From an uncultured Clostridia bacterium (lineage in GTDB: Bacteria > Bacillota > Clostridia > Oscillospirales > Acutalibacteraceae), in the NCBI GenBank assembly GCA_947369085.1, contig CANBJR010000001.1, positions 28,978 through 92,977 on the forward strand: 64,000 nucleotides of DNA, in the 5' to 3' direction. The notes under the pieces were generated by a model. That model was not told the DNA's origin and searched no databases. It saw only the letters and a program-made list of their open reading frames with translations. This document shows, in pieces, positions 1 to 9,156 of the stretch (the stretch's first letter is position 1; each line of letters opens with the position of its first letter). The translations under genes and the position numbers were made by a program.

Positions 1-1
1 A

Positions 2-646
2 GAAATTTATTTTTTAAACAGTGAGGAAATTCATTCCTACATTGATTTGACAGATGAATTGCAGTTTGTTGTTGTTAATATCTCTTCTAAAATTTTGAAA
101 CCATATTTTGAACAGCCTGAGGAAATTCCCACCTTTGAAATTGTAAATGGAGAAGTTTACGACAGTATTGTAAGCGCTATGAGGGTTTTGTATGAATGTG
201 AAAATCTAAATGACAGACTTGAAATTTTGAGAATTAAAGCAACCCTTAACTATATTGCATATATTCTTATGAAATATTTCAATAATCCGAATATTAGTTT
301 TGTAAAGGGTTCTGATTCCGACGATTTTGACTGTGCTAAAAGTGCGATTAAATATATGGAGGAAAATTATGCCAAGGACATTTCACTTACTGACATTGCA
401 AACTATGTAGGTATGACGCCTGCGCATTTTTCAAAGTATTTTAAAGACAAAAATGATATGACGTTTTCAAAATATCTGCGCAGAATCCGACTTGACCATG
501 CAATCAAGGATTTGCGTGACAGTGAAATGTCGGTTAAGACGGCGGCGCTTAAAAACGGATTTCCTAATGTAAATTCACTAATTCTCATCTGCAAGGAAAC
601 TTACGGAAGAACTCCGCTTGAAATGAAGCAATTTGTCAGAACCTGA
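2..646 (+). CDS. AraC-family transcriptional regulator (5' end outside the window)
   Basis: The frame is open from position 2 (EIYFLNSEEIHSY...). C-terminal AraC double HTH: ISLTDIANYVGMTPAHFSKYFK...YLRRIRLDHA...GF...YGRTP. Confidence 0.9.
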   Translation, partial: EIYFLNSEEIHSYIDLTDELQFVVVNISSKILKPYFEQPEEIPTFEIVNGEVYDSIVSAMRVLYECENLNDRLEILRIKATLNYIAYILMKYFNNPNISFVKGSDSDDFDCAKSAIKYMEENYAKDISLTDIANYVGMTPAHFSKYFKDKNDMTFSKYLRRIRLDHAIKDLRDSEMSVKTAALKNGFPNVNSLILICKETYGRTPLEMKQFVRT

Positions 647-747
647 TTCTGAATTAAATCTTTTCTGCTTTGACAGACAAATGCGACAAATTGCGTATTG
701 AACAAATTTAGCCAAAGTGGTAAAATGTGTTTGAAAGGATGACTTTT

Positions 748-1164
748 ATGCGCGGACTTATGCAGAAAATTGCAGTTTTTATGCAGGGAAGATACGGCAA
801 TGACAGGTTCAACAATTTTTTGTACATTGTTTTCTTTGCCCTTTGGGTTGTTAATATTTTTGTGTGGAACAGAACGGCAAGTCTTGTCATAGATTTACTG
901 ATGCTCACCGTACTTGTGTATACGTTGTTTCGTACCCTGTCACGCAATATTAACAAGAGAAGTATTGAAAACAGAACTTTTATGCAAATTTTTGACAGCG
1001 TTAAAAACTGGTTTACGCTTACGCAGAAAAAGTTTCGCGACCGCAAAGATTTCAGATATATCAAATGCCCCGTTTGCAAGGCTCAGCTTCGTGTAAAAAA
1101 CAAAAAAGGTAATCACGTTGTAAGGTGTCCTCGCTGCGGAAGCGAGTTTGACAAGAAAATTTAG
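748..1164 (+). CDS. Membrane protein with C-terminal Zn-ribbon
   Basis: GAAAGGA RBS before ATG 748; FMQGRYGND motif, two TM helices, CPVC...CPRC. Confidence 0.75.
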   Translation: MRGLMQKIAVFMQGRYGNDRFNNFLYIVFFALWVVNIFVWNRTASLVIDLLMLTVLVYTLFRTLSRNINKRSIENRTFMQIFDSVKNWFTLTQKKFRDRKDFRYIKCPVCKAQLRVKNKKGNHVVRCPRCGSEFDKKI

Positions 1165-1173
1165 TTATTAAGA

Positions 1174-1211
1174 AAAACACGGACAGACGTTTTATCGCCT
1201 GCCCGTGTTTT
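1174..1211. terminator. Probable bidirectional intrinsic terminator
   Basis: AAAACACGGACAG...CTGCCCGTGTTTT imperfect inverted repeat between convergent genes. Confidence 0.6.
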
Positions 1212-1292
1212 GATTTTATTTGTTCCGACTTGTTATACTGATATCCGATTAAAAACAGCCAACCTTAGTCTACTTTTAATCAAATACCGGTA

Positions 1293-2018
1293 TTAATCGG
1301 ATATCGATATAAAATGCTGTTGCAAAAATTTATAAAATTCCTCAAAACTGCCGTTTTTGTATTTTGAATAATCCTTGTTATCACGGTTCACAATTGTGTC
1401 GGTGATAAGGTATGTATCAAAGCCGAGTTCTTCGGCGCACATATCTTCATCAACGTCGTTGCCAATCATAATGCTTTTTTCGGGCAAAATTCCGCATTTT
1501 TCGCAGATTAACTCAAAATATTTCAGGTTCGGCTTGCAGCAGCCCGAGTTTTCGTAGAATGTTACAAATTCAAAGTCATCGGCAGAAACGCCTGCCCATT
1601 CAAGACGGCGGCGAGTTGCAACCTCGGGGAAAATCGGGTTAGTTGCCGCAATCAGCCTGCCTCCGTTTTGCTTGATAAGGTCAATGCTTCTTTTGGCAAA
1701 GGGCGTTGCTTTTGTAGCCTCTTTTGCCGCAATAAATTCCTTTGTGTAGTAGTCGTCAAACTGCTTAATATACGGCGTTAAGTCCACATTGCATTCAGAC
1801 GAAGCGGTTTCCCAGAAAACGTCCTTGTTTATGCGCGAGTTATCGTTTTTTGCCATAGCGCTTGTACCTTTCCAGATCGCTTTTATAAGTGTGTCGCCGT
1901 CTATGTTCAATACAGGCACAAATCTTTTGCATAGCGAAGAAAAGTAAAGCTTTGTAAAATACTCCATATCCATCGGAAGCAGAGTTCCGTCTAAATCAAA
2001 AAGATAATTTTTATACAT
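1293..2018 (-). CDS. HAD-family hydrolase
   Basis: FDLDGTL motif I, ATN motif II, KP motif III, MIGND...D motif IV. Confidence 0.9.
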   Translation of the reverse strand: MYKNYLFDLDGTLLPMDMEYFTKLYFSSLCKRFVPVLNIDGDTLIKAIWKGTSAMAKNDNSRINKDVFWETASSECNVDLTPYIKQFDDYYTKEFIAAKEATKATPFAKRSIDLIKQNGGRLIAATNPIFPEVATRRRLEWAGVSADDFEFVTFYENSGCCKPNLKYFELICEKCGILPEKSIMIGNDVDEDMCAEELGFDTYLITDTIVNRDNKDYSKYKNGSFEEFYKFLQQHFISISD

Positions 2019-2129
2019 TCTGATACCTCCAAAATATTACGAATATATTATAATTTACAGTTGTCACGATTGCAAGAATAAAATTTTTACGCTATACTAA
2101 ATAATACATAAAGGTAAAGGAGCGGACGT

Positions 2130-3077
2130 ATGAAAATCATACTTACAGACGCACAGACAGTGCTTGATAACCTTGTAAACGCAGATGTCCTGAAACAATT
2201 CGGTGAGGTGGAAGAATACGGGCTTTTGAGGTATGACGAGGTAGCAGAAAAAATTGCAGATGCCGATATGGTGGTATGCAACAAGACATTACTTGATAAA
2301 AACACACTAAGGCTTGCAAAAAATCTTAAATATATCGGACTTTTTGCAACAGGCTATAATAACATTGATATAAATTACTGCAAAGAGCATAATATTGCAG
2401 TATGCAACGCAGGCTCATACTCCACAAACGCAGTTGCACAGCACACCTTCGCGCTTATTTTGGAGCATTTTAACAAAACTGCAAATTACAACAAATACGT
2501 TCAGGACGGATGTTGGAAACACAGTAAAACGTTTTCTCCGTTTGTTTATCCGCTGGCAGAGCTTGCAGGAAAAACACTCGGAATTGTCGGATTCGGAAAT
2601 ATCGGCAGAGCCGTTGCCAAAATTGCAAATGCATTTGAGATGCGGGTAATTGCCTTCAACCGTTCCGAAAAACAGGCTGACGGCGTGGAATTTGTCAGCT
2701 TTAATGATTTGCTGAAAGAAAGCGACGTTGTTACAGTGCATTGCCCGCTTAACAGCGAGTCACAGGATATGTTTGATAAAAACGCATTTGCAAAGATGAA
2801 AAAGGGCGCATTGTTTGTAAATACCGCTCGCGGAGGCGTTATGATTGAGCAGGATTTGTTTGACGCATTGCATAGTGAACACCTAGGAGGTGCGGCAATT
2901 GACACGCTCAGAGTTGAGCCAATGGAGGAAAATTGTATACTTATGGGCGCAAAAAACTGTATTATGACGCCTCATATTGCGTGGGCGCCCGTTGAAACAA
3001 GAGTACGTCTTATGAATATTGTGGCGGAAAACATAAAAGCATTTCTAAGAGGAGCTTCCCAAAACCGAATTGTATGA
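2130..3077 (+). CDS. D-2-hydroxyacid dehydrogenase (glycerate dehydrogenase/HprA-like)
   Basis: ATGYNNID, GIVGFGNIG Rossmann motif, VHCPL, NTARG, TPHIAW. Confidence 0.9.
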   Translation: MKIILTDAQTVLDNLVNADVLKQFGEVEEYGLLRYDEVAEKIADADMVVCNKTLLDKNTLRLAKNLKYIGLFATGYNNIDINYCKEHNIAVCNAGSYSTNAVAQHTFALILEHFNKTANYNKYVQDGCWKHSKTFSPFVYPLAELAGKTLGIVGFGNIGRAVAKIANAFEMRVIAFNRSEKQADGVEFVSFNDLLKESDVVTVHCPLNSESQDMFDKNAFAKMKKGALFVNTARGGVMIEQDLFDALHSEHLGGAAIDTLRVEPMEENCILMGAKNCIMTPHIAWAPVETRVRLMNIVAENIKAFLRGASQNRIV

Positions 3078-3169
3078 GCTTTTTCAAATCAAGTCATTGA
3101 CAAAACCTTGCAAAAAACATTGACTTAAAAGCAAAAAAAGCGTACAATAAAGATTGATTGGGATGATAA

Positions 3170-4402
3170 TTGATGAATAATGTCAATAGGACAAAATGGC
3201 TTCTTTCCTCACTTTCGGTTTTCAGAGGAATTATGAAAAGAAGCGTTGTTAAGGCTTATTACAAGCTGTTGCTATCGCTTGACAGCGATATTGATGAGTT
3301 TCTTAATGCTTACGGCGACTTTTTTTCGCTTATAAGCGAAAGAGGTTTCAGCGGCAGATTTGCCTATGCAATGACCGAAGCTGCGCTGTTTGATGAAAAC
3401 TGCTTTACAAGGGCTGCTGCGGCAGGAAAGTACGACACTCTGCCTGAAAATGTGCTCAAGGCTGTTAAGCGTGACTGCGAGGCTATTCTTGCGGCTTCGT
3501 CGCTTACGTCCGACGAAGTGCTCAAAGCCTACAAATACTACGATGAAATAAAGGAAATTGCCGACTTTCTTCCACGCTGGGAGGCAGGTGAATGTGCGCC
3601 GAGCTTTAAGATGTTTGACGGTTCGCTTAAAAATGTTGCTCAGTATTACAAGGAGAACGGCTGCGGAATCTTTGCACGTTACAAAGCGTTTATCTGGCGT
3701 GACGGCGATATTCAGCCTGTTTTGCACCCTGACAGAATTGATATGGGCTCCTTTACGGGTTACGAAATTCAGAGGGATATGGTTGTGAACAACACAAGGT
3801 CATTTATCGAGGGCAAAAGCTGTAACAACTGTCTTCTTTACGGCGACAAGGGTACAGGCAAAAGCTCAACGGTTAAGGCTATTGCAAACGAGTTTCGCAA
3901 GGACGGCTTGAGGATTGTTGAAATTCCCAAGGAGCGCCTTATTGACTTTCCGATACTTGTTGACAAAATCGCCGCACTTCCTATGAAGTTTATCATATTT
4001 ATTGATGACCTTTCGTTCCAGAAACAGGATCAGAGCTACACGACGCTCAAGGCTGTTTTAGAGGGCGGACTTGCGGCTCGTCCCGACAATGCACTTATAT
4101 ATGCAACATCAAACCGACGTCATCTTGTCAAGGAAAGCTTTTCCGACAGAACCGATGATGATGTAAATACACGTGACAATATGCAGGAGAGCCTTTCGCT
4201 GTCCGACCGCTTTGGTCTTGCAGTTTGTTACTCAATTCCCACCAAAAAAGAATTTGTCGATATTGTGTGCGCTCTTGCAAGGCAGAAGGGCATCAATATG
4301 AGCGATGAAGAGCTTGAAAAAGGTGCAGAGAGATTTGCTCTTTCAAGGGGCGGACGTTCGCCTCGTTGTGCAAAGCAGTATGTTGAATCGCTGTTTTGCT
4401 GA
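3170..4402 (+). CDS. DUF815-family AAA+ ATPase
   Basis: Walker A GDKGTGKSS, FIIFIDDLSF, YATSNRRHL, SLSDRFGL, RSPRCAKQ. Confidence 0.88.
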   Translation: MMNNVNRTKWLLSSLSVFRGIMKRSVVKAYYKLLLSLDSDIDEFLNAYGDFFSLISERGFSGRFAYAMTEAALFDENCFTRAAAAGKYDTLPENVLKAVKRDCEAILAASSLTSDEVLKAYKYYDEIKEIADFLPRWEAGECAPSFKMFDGSLKNVAQYYKENGCGIFARYKAFIWRDGDIQPVLHPDRIDMGSFTGYEIQRDMVVNNTRSFIEGKSCNNCLLYGDKGTGKSSTVKAIANEFRKDGLRIVEIPKERLIDFPILVDKIAALPMKFIIFIDDLSFQKQDQSYTTLKAVLEGGLAARPDNALIYATSNRRHLVKESFSDRTDDDVNTRDNMQESLSLSDRFGLAVCYSIPTKKEFVDIVCALARQKGINMSDEELEKGAERFALSRGGRSPRCAKQYVESLFC

Positions 4403-4463
4403 TAAAATTACGGGCAGTACCGCAAATTTCAGCGGAAAAGCCTGCGATAATCGGAGGAATAGT

Positions 4464-5756
4464 ATGAGAAAAAGAATAGTTTCAATTGCCCTTGTATTTG
4501 TGCTTGCGCTGTCTGCGGCTGTTTTATTTTCGGGCTGCGGAAACGATGAATACCCTGTTGAGGTAGCCAATATTACAATAGCAAGCGAGCCAAAGAACAT
4601 TGTTGTTCTTGACGCTCCCACTGCCGACATCATTTCGTATGCAGGATATGATATTAAAATGGTAGGCAGAAGTGACGAAGTAAATCAGGATTGGCTCAGC
4701 GTTGTTCCGAGCGTAGGTTCGCAGACTTCGCCAAATGTAGATAAAATAAAAACGTACGAGACCGACATTGTTTTTGCAGGCGAAAACCTTGATAAAAATG
4801 TTAAGGAAAGCCTTGAAAAAGAAAATATTCAGGTTATAACAATGTCGCAGGCAAAAACCCCGAAAGCGCTTGAAACCAATTACGTTACTCTCGGAAAAAT
4901 CCTTGGCGGAAAGGTAACAGGCTCAAACAAGGGAGCTTCTGCTTATGACGATCTTATCAGCAATATGGAAATGGTAAAGTCATCGGTTAAAACCGAGGTT
5001 AATTCAGATATTCTCTACACAGTATGTTATCTTTATTTTGAAGACAATAACTTAAAGCTTATGACAAGCGGCACATACGGCGATATGCTCCTCGGATATA
5101 CAGGAGCAGTAAATGCAGCTGTAAATATTGATGAAAATAAGGTTGACGTAAACACATTAAAGGTTGCAAATCCAAACTTTATTTTCTATGCCGACGACGC
5201 TACGCTGAACGCAATAAAAGCCGACGCAGTGCTCGGCAAATTGACAGCTGTTACAGGCGGAAAAACTCTTATGGTAACTGCTGACGAGATGAACCGCCAG
5301 GGTAAGAGCGCACTTGATACTCTTGATAAAATGGTAGGTTTTATGTACCCGTCACTCAAGAAGAATACGGCTACAAAGGACGAAGCAGCTAAAACAGCGG
5401 CGACAGTTGCTGCGACAACAACTGCAAATAATAATCAGACAACAACCAATAATCAGACTGCAACTACTGTGCCTGCAAACGCAGCAACAACTTCACTTGC
5501 TGATAAGTACAAGATTAAGCTTGACAAACTCACGCTAAAATATGAGGACGAAAACGGCAACATAAAGATTATGCAGCAGCGTTTGTATGACCTCGGATAT
5601 ATTGATGACAAGGAAAATATTACGGGCTATTACGGTGATGTTTCAAAAGCGGCTGTTAAAAGCTTCCAGACCAAAAACGGAATCAAAGCTACAGGTAACG
5701 CCGACAACGCAACACTTGTAAAGATGTTTAACAGCAATGCTGTTAAAAACGGATAA
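4464..5756 (+). CDS. Lipoprotein: helical-backbone (BtuF/FhuD-like) substrate-binding domain, Thr/Ala linker and C-terminal peptidoglycan-binding domain
   Basis: GGAGG RBS; lipobox LFSGC; YPVEVA..TI..EPKNIVVL and PNVDKI features; C-terminal IMQQRLYDLGY..TGYYG..AVKSFQ..NGIKATG.AD..TL (PG_binding_1-like). Confidence 0.78.
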   Translation: MRKRIVSIALVFVLALSAAVLFSGCGNDEYPVEVANITIASEPKNIVVLDAPTADIISYAGYDIKMVGRSDEVNQDWLSVVPSVGSQTSPNVDKIKTYETDIVFAGENLDKNVKESLEKENIQVITMSQAKTPKALETNYVTLGKILGGKVTGSNKGASAYDDLISNMEMVKSSVKTEVNSDILYTVCYLYFEDNNLKLMTSGTYGDMLLGYTGAVNAAVNIDENKVDVNTLKVANPNFIFYADDATLNAIKADAVLGKLTAVTGGKTLMVTADEMNRQGKSALDTLDKMVGFMYPSLKKNTATKDEAAKTAATVAATTTANNNQTTTNNQTATTVPANAATTSLADKYKIKLDKLTLKYEDENGNIKIMQQRLYDLGYIDDKENITGYYGDVSKAAVKSFQTKNGIKATGNADNATLVKMFNSNAVKNG

Positions 5757-5770
5757 TATAGTTATATAGT

Positions 5771-5804
5771 AAAGCACCCGAGGGTAAACCCTCGGGTGCT
5801 TTTG
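5771..5804. terminator. Bidirectional intrinsic terminator
   Basis: AAAGCACCCGAGGG-TAAA-CCCTCGGGTGCTTTT perfect hairpin between convergent genes. Confidence 0.9.
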
Positions 5805-5846
5805 TTATTTGAGTGTAAGAGCTGTTTATAAAATTAAAAGCAAACG

Positions 5847-6449
5847 TTAAATGTCAACTAAATCATCTTTTGTGATTTTTCGAATAACTCGGCACGGATT
5901 TCCTGCTGCAAAAACATTTGCGGGAATATCCCTTGTAACTACGCTTCCAGCACCGATTACCGAGCCTTTTCCAATTTTAACTCCGCCGCAGACCGTAACG
6001 TCTGAGGCAAGCCAGCAATCGTCTTCGATAGTAACAGGCTTTGCATACTCGTAGTTATACATGGTGCCGTCGTTTCTTTTACGAATACGGCGCTGTTCGG
6101 CACACATAGGGTGTGCGGGAGTTGCAATCGTACAGTTTGGCCCGAAAAACACATTACTGCCGATTTGTACCTGACAACAGTCAAGCACAACAAGATTAAA
6201 ATTTGCATAGCATTTTTCACCGAAAGTAGTGAAAACACCGTAGTCAAACTGAATCGGCCCCTGAATATAAGCGCCTTTGCCAAAATTCGGAAGAAGCTCT
6301 GATATAATTTCATCTCTTTTTTCGGTTTCGTCCTCGTAAGTGTCGTTATACTGTTTACAAAGCTTGTGAGCTTTTTTGCGCATTTCAGCAAGCTCGCTGT
6401 CGGAAGGGTCATATAATAAACCGTTCAGCATTTTTTCTTTTTCTGTCAT
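5847..6449 (-). CDS. maa: Sugar (maltose/galactoside) O-acetyltransferase, hexapeptide repeat
   Basis: MTEKEKMLNG Mac N-terminus, FDYG, IGAGSVVTRDIP..AAGNPCRVIR. Confidence 0.88.
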   Translation of the reverse strand: MTEKEKMLNGLLYDPSDSELAEMRKKAHKLCKQYNDTYEDETEKRDEIISELLPNFGKGAYIQGPIQFDYGVFTTFGEKCYANFNLVVLDCCQVQIGSNVFFGPNCTIATPAHPMCAEQRRIRKRNDGTMYNYEYAKPVTIEDDCWLASDVTVCGGVKIGKGSVIGAGSVVTRDIPANVFAAGNPCRVIRKITKDDLVDI

Positions 6450-6462
6450 AATATATCTCTCC

Positions 6463-7662
6463 TTAATTTGTAACCTTTACTGTTATATCAACTCTTGTGC
6501 TTCTGTGCAGACTGTCGGTTACAGAATATGTCACCTTGTATTTGCCGACCCTTGACGTGACAACGTTGCCGGTTACAGCAACCTTTTCGGTAATATCATT
6601 TGAGCAGGTGTCAACTGCTTTTATGTTATTCATAGGCGAAAAACTTTCGCCCTTTTTTATTGTGCAGTTATTTGCCCCTGTAATCTGCGGATTTTTGTTG
6701 TAGTAGGGATTTTTTCTGTTATCGTCTGTCGGATCCCATCCGCATTTTAAATTAGTAATTTTTATCGTATCCGGCTTGCCGAGAGGTCCTGGATTATCGT
6801 CATCGTAAATTGTAATACGTGTGTCGTAAGCGCAGTTATCGTAAATCCACTTTGTGTCGGAAACAGAAAGCCTTACACACCCGAGCGACGCATTTGTACC
6901 AAGCTTGTTAAACTCCTCAACCTCTAAATCATCGGGAGATTGAGTATAATACGGCACTGAATGAAAAAGATAGTCACCCGATATTCCGCTGACATACTGG
7001 CCGTACACGTTATCAAAAAGCGGGTGCCATTCGTGCTTGAAGTAAATGCCGAATGTGCCTGTGATTGTACCGTTGTTCTTTCCGCAAGAGCATACCATTG
7101 CCCTGATAGGAACGGTGTATTCTCCGTTTTTATCATAGGTGTAAACAGTAACGCAGTTTTCTTTTCTGTTGACATGTATTTCGTAAGGATTTCTCTTGCT
7201 GTTGTCGGCAAGATTTTTCTTTAATACATTTTCGTTTGCAGTAATACAGGTTGAAAATCTGTCAACTTTCTCTTCTTTTGCTTCGGAAACGGTAATTTTG
7301 CACTCGTATTTTTTGTTGTTGCTAAACAATGCCGTAATTGTTGCAGTTCCTGATTTTTTGGCGTCAACTCTGCCGCCGCTGTCAACACTTGCAATCGTAA
7401 TGTCACTGCTTGTCCATTTACGCAGGCTCTTTTCTTCGCCCTTTGATATTGTAATAACCTTTGCTTCGCCCACCGAGAGAATAAGAGGTTCTTTAGCGTC
7501 TATTTTATAAGTAGGATTTTCAATAGGAATTACTTTTGCAGGGGTTGTGTTGAACGTAGACTTATTTTCGTTATTAATATGTTTGACGCTTCCGAAAGCA
7601 CTAAGAATGCAGGTGAACGTCAGAATAAAACATAAAAGGAAAATAAACAAGTATTTTTTCAT
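6463..7662 (-). CDS. L,D-transpeptidase (YkuD domain) with Ig-like domains
   Basis: Signal peptide; Big_2-like WTSSD..IASVD..G.V.AKKSGTATITA; FHS...LG..ASLGCVRL catalytic motif; C-terminal Ig-like G.YKVTYSVTDS. Confidence 0.85.
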   Translation of the reverse strand: MKKYLFIFLLCFILTFTCILSAFGSVKHINNENKSTFNTTPAKVIPIENPTYKIDAKEPLILSVGEAKVITISKGEEKSLRKWTSSDITIASVDSGGRVDAKKSGTATITALFSNNKKYECKITVSEAKEEKVDRFSTCITANENVLKKNLADNSKRNPYEIHVNRKENCVTVYTYDKNGEYTVPIRAMVCSCGKNNGTITGTFGIYFKHEWHPLFDNVYGQYVSGISGDYLFHSVPYYTQSPDDLEVEEFNKLGTNASLGCVRLSVSDTKWIYDNCAYDTRITIYDDDNPGPLGKPDTIKITNLKCGWDPTDDNRKNPYYNKNPQITGANNCTIKKGESFSPMNNIKAVDTCSNDITEKVAVTGNVVTSRVGKYKVTYSVTDSLHRSTRVDITVKVTN

Positions 7663-7784
7663 AACATAACCTTTCAGGATATTACAAATTTTTAACTTTT
7701 TACATTATAACTTTTTTTTGCAAATAAGGCAAGACATATTTTATTCCATTAAAAAATGTGATAAAATGTATGTGGTGATTTTTT

Positions 7785-8336
7785 ATGGCACATCCAATTA
7801 AGCATTTTAAAACAATTACAAAACACAGGCACAAGGTTATTGCAAACTGCGCAAGAGCAGGCATACTTTTTCAGGGGTTAAGGCACGATTTGTCAAAATA
7901 CAGCCCTACGGAGTTTATTCCGGGAGCAAGGTTTTTTCAGGGTGACAGAAGTCCCAACGAACGTGAGCGCGAGCTGTACGGATGTTCGCTTGCGTGGATG
8001 CACCACAAGGGACGAAACCGTCATCACTACGAATACTGGAACGACTATAATCCCAAAACAAAGCAGATTGAAAATGTAGAAATGCCTGTTCGCTACGTAA
8101 TAGAAATGTTCTGCGACCGTGTTGCGGCAAGCAAAATTTACAACGGCAAAAATTATAAGGACAGCGACCCGTTTACGTATTTCCTTCGCATAAAGGGAAA
8201 ACACCGTATGCACCCGAACACAGAGGCACTGCTTGACAAACTGCTTGTAATGCTTCGTGACCAGGGTGAGGAAAAAACGTTTGCGTATATTAAAACCGAG
8301 TGCCTCGGACGTAAGACGCGCAAGAAAGACGATTAA
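7785..8336 (+). CDS. DUF5662-family (HD-like) protein
   Basis: HDLSKYSPTEF, AWMHHKGRNRHHYEYW, EMFCDRVAASK. Confidence 0.8.
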   Translation: MAHPIKHFKTITKHRHKVIANCARAGILFQGLRHDLSKYSPTEFIPGARFFQGDRSPNERERELYGCSLAWMHHKGRNRHHYEYWNDYNPKTKQIENVEMPVRYVIEMFCDRVAASKIYNGKNYKDSDPFTYFLRIKGKHRMHPNTEALLDKLLVMLRDQGEEKTFAYIKTECLGRKTRKKDD

Positions 8337-8431
8337 AGTGAAAACATGATTGTCGCTTTGCGTAAGAACATCAGCCGTGTCCGCAGAATATAAGAAACGT
8401 GATTTTTTAAATCGACAGTCAGGAGAAATAT

Positions 8432-8926
8432 ATGAAAAAAATGGGCAAAGTGATTGAGGCTATGATAGAATATTATGGCACGGATTTAAGAAGAATAAAC
8501 CATTTTTTAAAGGTTTTTTCATTTGCAAAAACAATCGGCGAGGGAGAACACCTTGATACAAACAACCAAAACCTGCTTGAGGTATCTGCAATCGTCCACG
8601 ATATCGGCATAAAGCAAAGCGAGTTGAAATATAACTCAAGCGCAGGCAGGTATCAGGAGCTTGAAGGGCCGGCAGAAGCAGAAAAACTGCTTTTAAACAT
8701 TGGCTATGACAGCGATTTTGTTGAAAAAGTCTGTTACCTTGTCGGTCATCATCATACATACAATCAGATTGATTCAATGCCGTATCAGATTTTGGTTGAG
8801 GCGGATTTTCTTGTAAATCTTTTTGAGGACGGTGCAAGCGTCAGCGCCGTAAAAAAAGCAGAGGAAAAAATATTCAAAACATCTACAGGTAAAAAACTGC
8901 TTAAAAAAATGTACTTTGGCGAGTGA
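8432..8926 (+). CDS. HD-domain phosphohydrolase
   Basis: INHFLKV, HDIGIK, GHHHTY, EADFLVN. Confidence 0.88.
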   Translation: MKKMGKVIEAMIEYYGTDLRRINHFLKVFSFAKTIGEGEHLDTNNQNLLEVSAIVHDIGIKQSELKYNSSAGRYQELEGPAEAEKLLLNIGYDSDFVEKVCYLVGHHHTYNQIDSMPYQILVEADFLVNLFEDGASVSAVKKAEEKIFKTSTGKKLLKKMYFGE

Positions 8927-8969
8927 TTTTTTTGCGAAACGCAGAAGTTTTTTTATTGTCGCAAAGGTA

Positions 8970-8998
8970 TTGACAACAGCCAAGAAAAATGTTATTTT
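8970..8998 (+). promoter_or_regulatory. SigA promoter of pflB
   Basis: TTGACA-17 bp-TATTTT with extended TG, immediately 5' of the riboswitch. Confidence 0.6.
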
Positions 8999-9004
8999 AA
9001 AAGT

Positions 9005-9102
9005 GTTATATGACTGACGGAACAGTGGAATTAACCACAGTGAAGTATAACGATTCAAAGCCGACCGTCTGGGCGAAAGCTCAGATAAAGTCGGCTTTTT
9101 TT
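9005..9102 (+). ncRNA. ZMP/ZTP (pfl) riboswitch with terminator expression platform
   Basis: GUUAUAUGACUGACGGAA...GUGG..CCAC..GAAGUAUAAC...GCCGACCGUCUGGGC. GACGG/CCGUC pseudoknot; alternative AAAGCCGAC/GUCGGCUUUUUUU terminator; located upstream of pflB. Confidence 0.92.
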
Positions 9103-9156
9103 ATTTAGCAAATTATACCAACATGATGCATATTTTTATTACACGGAGGTATTGTT

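Noticed and set aside
8359-8371. 13-mer TGCGTAAGAACAT also at 47739-47751, both intergenic
   Set aside because: Some 13-bp matches are expected by chance in 64 kb, and the flanks show no convincing shared structure.
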